Shown: piece by piece, positions 53,950-56,306 of the stretch | Numbering within the stretch: position 1 is the first letter of the stretch | Layout: each line of letters opens with the position of its first letter | Source of the DNA: Myxococcota bacterium | Lineage (GTDB): Bacteria; Myxococcota; JACRCW01 | Direction: 5' to 3' | DNA: 56,306 nt | NCBI GenBank assembly: GCA_040752415.1 | Contig: JBFMGU010000032.1 | Coordinates: 1-56,306, forward strand | Made by a program: the position numbers and the translations under genes | Notes under the pieces: generated by a model | Told to the model about the DNA's origin: nothing | The model's database searches: none | The model's input: the letters and a program-made list of their open reading frames with translations, nothing else

Positions 53950-53952
53950 GCC

Positions 53953-55752
53953 TCACACCGGTTGCGAGAGGAGCTCCGCCACCTTGTCCAGCAGGACCTT
54001 GCGCGTGAACGGCTTCTGCAGGAAGCGCGTTCCTTCCCGTGGAATCTCGTCGGCCAACAGGCCCTCCGTGTAGCCGGAGATGTAGAGCACGCGCAGGTCT
54101 GGCCGGTGCTCTCGCAGCGCGGAGTGCAGCTCGGGACCGTTCATGCCGGGCATCACCACGTCGGTGATGAGCAGGTCCGGCGCGTCGCCGTCACGACCCA
54201 GCTCCAGGGCAACCTTGCTGCTGGGCGCTTCCAGCACGCGGTGCCCCGCGAGTCGCAACGAGAGACACAGGAACGCGCGCACGTCGTCGTTGTCTTCCAC
54301 CACCAGCACGGTGCCGCGCGGGGCCACGGGGGGCGGCGCGGCCGTCGGTCGGGACAGGTCTTCCGCCGCACCCACGAAGCGCGGCAGGTAGATGGTGAAG
54401 GTGGTGCCCTGGCCCACGCAGCTTTCCACCTGGATGAATCCGCCGCTCCCCTGCACCGCACCGTACACGGTGGAGAGCCCCAGCCCGGTGCCCCGCTCCT
54501 TGGGCTTGGTGGTGAAGAACGGCTCGAAGATGCGTGCCAGCGTGACGTTGTCCATCCCCACGCCGCGGTCCACCACGCTGAGCGCCACGTAGCTGCCCGG
54601 CATCATGGTCCCGCCCAGCAGTCGCACCGGACTGGTGCCGGTGAAGTTCTCCGCGCGCAACCGCACCTCACCCCCGCCGGGCATGGCATCACGCGCGTTG
54701 GCGACCAGGTTGACCAGCACCTGTTCCATCTGGCTGACGTCGGCGCGGACGTGCCAGAGGTCAGGAGGGATCTCCAGGCGGAGGACGTGACGCTCTCCCA
54801 GCAGGCGCTGGAGGAGGAGCTCCACGTCGCGGATGACGTTGCCCAGGTTCAACACCCGCGGCTCCAGCACCTGGTGACGACTGAACGCCAGGAGCTGCCG
54901 CGTGAGCTGCTCGGCGCGCTGCGCGTTGCGCACCATCTGGGAGACGTTTTCGCGCAGGGGTGAGTCGGCGGAGAGCTGCTCCAGGGTCAGCTCACCAAAG
55001 CCAATCATCGCCGTCAGGAGGTTGTTGAAGTCATGCGCCACACCACCGGCCAGCCGCCCCACCGCCTCCATCTTCTGCGCCTGGCGCAGCTGCTCCTCCA
55101 GGCGCCGTCGCTCGGTGACGTCGTGGATGATGGACAGGAGCAGGCGCCGGCCGTGAACCTGCACCGGGCCGGAGTAGACCTCCACGTCGCGGATGTCACC
55201 GTTGGCCACCCGGTGGCGGAAGTTGAAATACAGCCGGCGCTGCGTCCTGGCCGCCTCCATCTCCGCGCGCACCTCCGCCTCGGAGAGCGTGTTGATGTCC
55301 ATGATGCGGCGCTTGCGCAACTCGTCGGCGGAGAGGCCGTAGAACTCCTGGGCCGCACGGTTCGCGTCGACGATGGCGCCGGAATCCACGTCAATGAGCA
55401 GCTTGATGGCGGTGTTGACGTCGAAGAGCGCCCGGTAGAGGTCCTCCGCGTCGGGAGTGAATGACGGCAGGATGGAGGGCCCCGCCTCCGCGGCCAGGCG
55501 CGCCACGGCGTCCGCCACGCCGTCGGGGAGGGGGCGGGTGGTCTGGAGCTCCACGCGCGCGGTCCATCCGCCGGACGACGTGGCGGTGCAGGACGCGGTG
55601 GGCCCCGCGCTCCCGCTGGGGGCGTGGGTGAGCACGGCAGCCACGCGGCCGGCGTGTTCCACGGAGATGGTGGCGCCCACGTCGGGGTCATGGGTGCGCA
55701 GCATGGTCAGCAACGCTTCACCCACGGAATGCCCAGGTTCCTGCTCAGGCAT
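53953..55752 (-). CDS. PAS-domain hybrid histidine kinase-response regulator
   Basis: PAS (IVDANRAA..FYG...EL, FRHRVANG..RDVEV), AHDFNNLL, NARDAM, GTGLGL; REC VVEDN, LLITDVVMP, QKPF. Confidence 0.93.
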   Translation of the reverse strand: MPEQEPGHSVGEALLTMLRTHDPDVGATISVEHAGRVAAVLTHAPSGSAGPTASCTATSSGGWTARVELQTTRPLPDGVADAVARLAAEAGPSILPSFTPDAEDLYRALFDVNTAIKLLIDVDSGAIVDANRAAQEFYGLSADELRKRRIMDINTLSEAEVRAEMEAARTQRRLYFNFRHRVANGDIRDVEVYSGPVQVHGRRLLLSIIHDVTERRRLEEQLRQAQKMEAVGRLAGGVAHDFNNLLTAMIGFGELTLEQLSADSPLRENVSQMVRNAQRAEQLTRQLLAFSRHQVLEPRVLNLGNVIRDVELLLQRLLGERHVLRLEIPPDLWHVRADVSQMEQVLVNLVANARDAMPGGGEVRLRAENFTGTSPVRLLGGTMMPGSYVALSVVDRGVGMDNVTLARIFEPFFTTKPKERGTGLGLSTVYGAVQGSGGFIQVESCVGQGTTFTIYLPRFVGAAEDLSRPTAAPPPVAPRGTVLVVEDNDDVRAFLCLSLRLAGHRVLEAPSSKVALELGRDGDAPDLLITDVVMPGMNGPELHSALREHRPDLRVLYISGYTEGLLADEIPREGTRFLQKPFTRKVLLDKVAELLSQPV

Positions 55753-56070
55753 GACCTTGACCCCCGAAAGGCGGCGCCCGCCCTTCAGGACCGGTTTTAG
55801 ACGTCACCCGCCGCGTGCTCAACAACCAAGACGAGGCTCGGGCGGACGGCGGATGCGCGGCGAGGCGGGCCCGGGCGTCCCAGGTGAAGGCCCGGTGCGC
55901 CCAACGGGAAGCAGGGCTTCGGTCCTCGACGAGGCAACCGCGTTCGCCGCCAGGGTGGGCAAAGTTTCGTCCAGACTAATCATGACGATGTTACACTAAC
56001 CGGGCAGGCTGCGCACGAGAACCCCAGGCCCTGGGTTCGCCCGCGGGGTGACCACGCGGAGAGGCCCGTG

Positions 56071-56168
56071 GGGGGGCGGCGGCAGAACAATCTGCTCATG
56101 TCGGCGGGGCAGGCGAACCCCCCCCCACGCTTGCGCCACTGCGTCCGCTCGCCCCCTTCCCCAGAACC
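56071..56168. repeat. Single arm of the 41562-41891 element family
   Basis: gaacaatctgc...gtcggcg...ggcgaac...cccccacg...gccactgcgtcc.ctc.cccccttccccaga aligns by eye with 41575-41660; no partner arm within the window. Confidence 0.75.
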
Positions 56169-56306
56169 AAGTTTCTTTTGCCCACGTGATGCGGATCAGG
56201 CGACCGTCGGTATCGCCGGCAGCCGAGGCTGCACCTGGAAATTCACCAAGCCCTGCCCTCGTGGACCACTTTCACGACGTCATCGTCGGCAGGGCTCTAC
56301 CTTGGT

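Noticed and set aside
1..56306. Prophage, transposase, defence system, rRNA or tRNA genes
   Set aside because: No recognisable motifs for any of these in the ORF track or the intergenic sequence.

Overview
This is a high-GC bacterial chromosomal segment, most consistent with Myxococcota: it has a MYXO-CTERM-like C-terminus, many lipoproteins with 'DAG' linkers, and hybrid kinases. I see no rRNA, tRNA, CRISPR array, integrase or transposase. Main blocks: (1) 6.3-16.2 kb, a minus-strand metal-homeostasis cluster (His-tailed vWA protein, ZnuC, ZnuB, putative Zur box, outer-membrane barrel, two uncharacterised Cys/His lipoproteins, ZnuA, and a His-rich P1B-4 ATPase). (2) 18.6-23.2 kb, a tetraether-synthase (Tes/MJ0619)-like radical SAM enzyme divergent from an Lgt-like gene, two membrane proteins and a 21-Cys anchored protein. 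(3) 23.3-33.6 kb, a candidate new isoprenoid pathway: an AttH/CrtC-like double-barrel fused to a GGPP-synthase-like domain, coupled to two P450s lacking the catalytic Thr, flanked by an LMF1-like protein, a GT1 glycosyltransferase and a sulfatase. (4) Divergent PHB-depolymerase paralogues, an archaemetzincin and a FIST + hybrid kinase pair. (5) 42-47 kb, a B1-type metallo-beta-lactamase fused to a NodB deacetylase, plus a second vWA paralogue. Six long intergenic inverted-repeat (REP/REPIN/MITE-like) elements are present; one appears to supply the 5' end of a gene. All family assignments come from motifs read by eye; no database searches were run.
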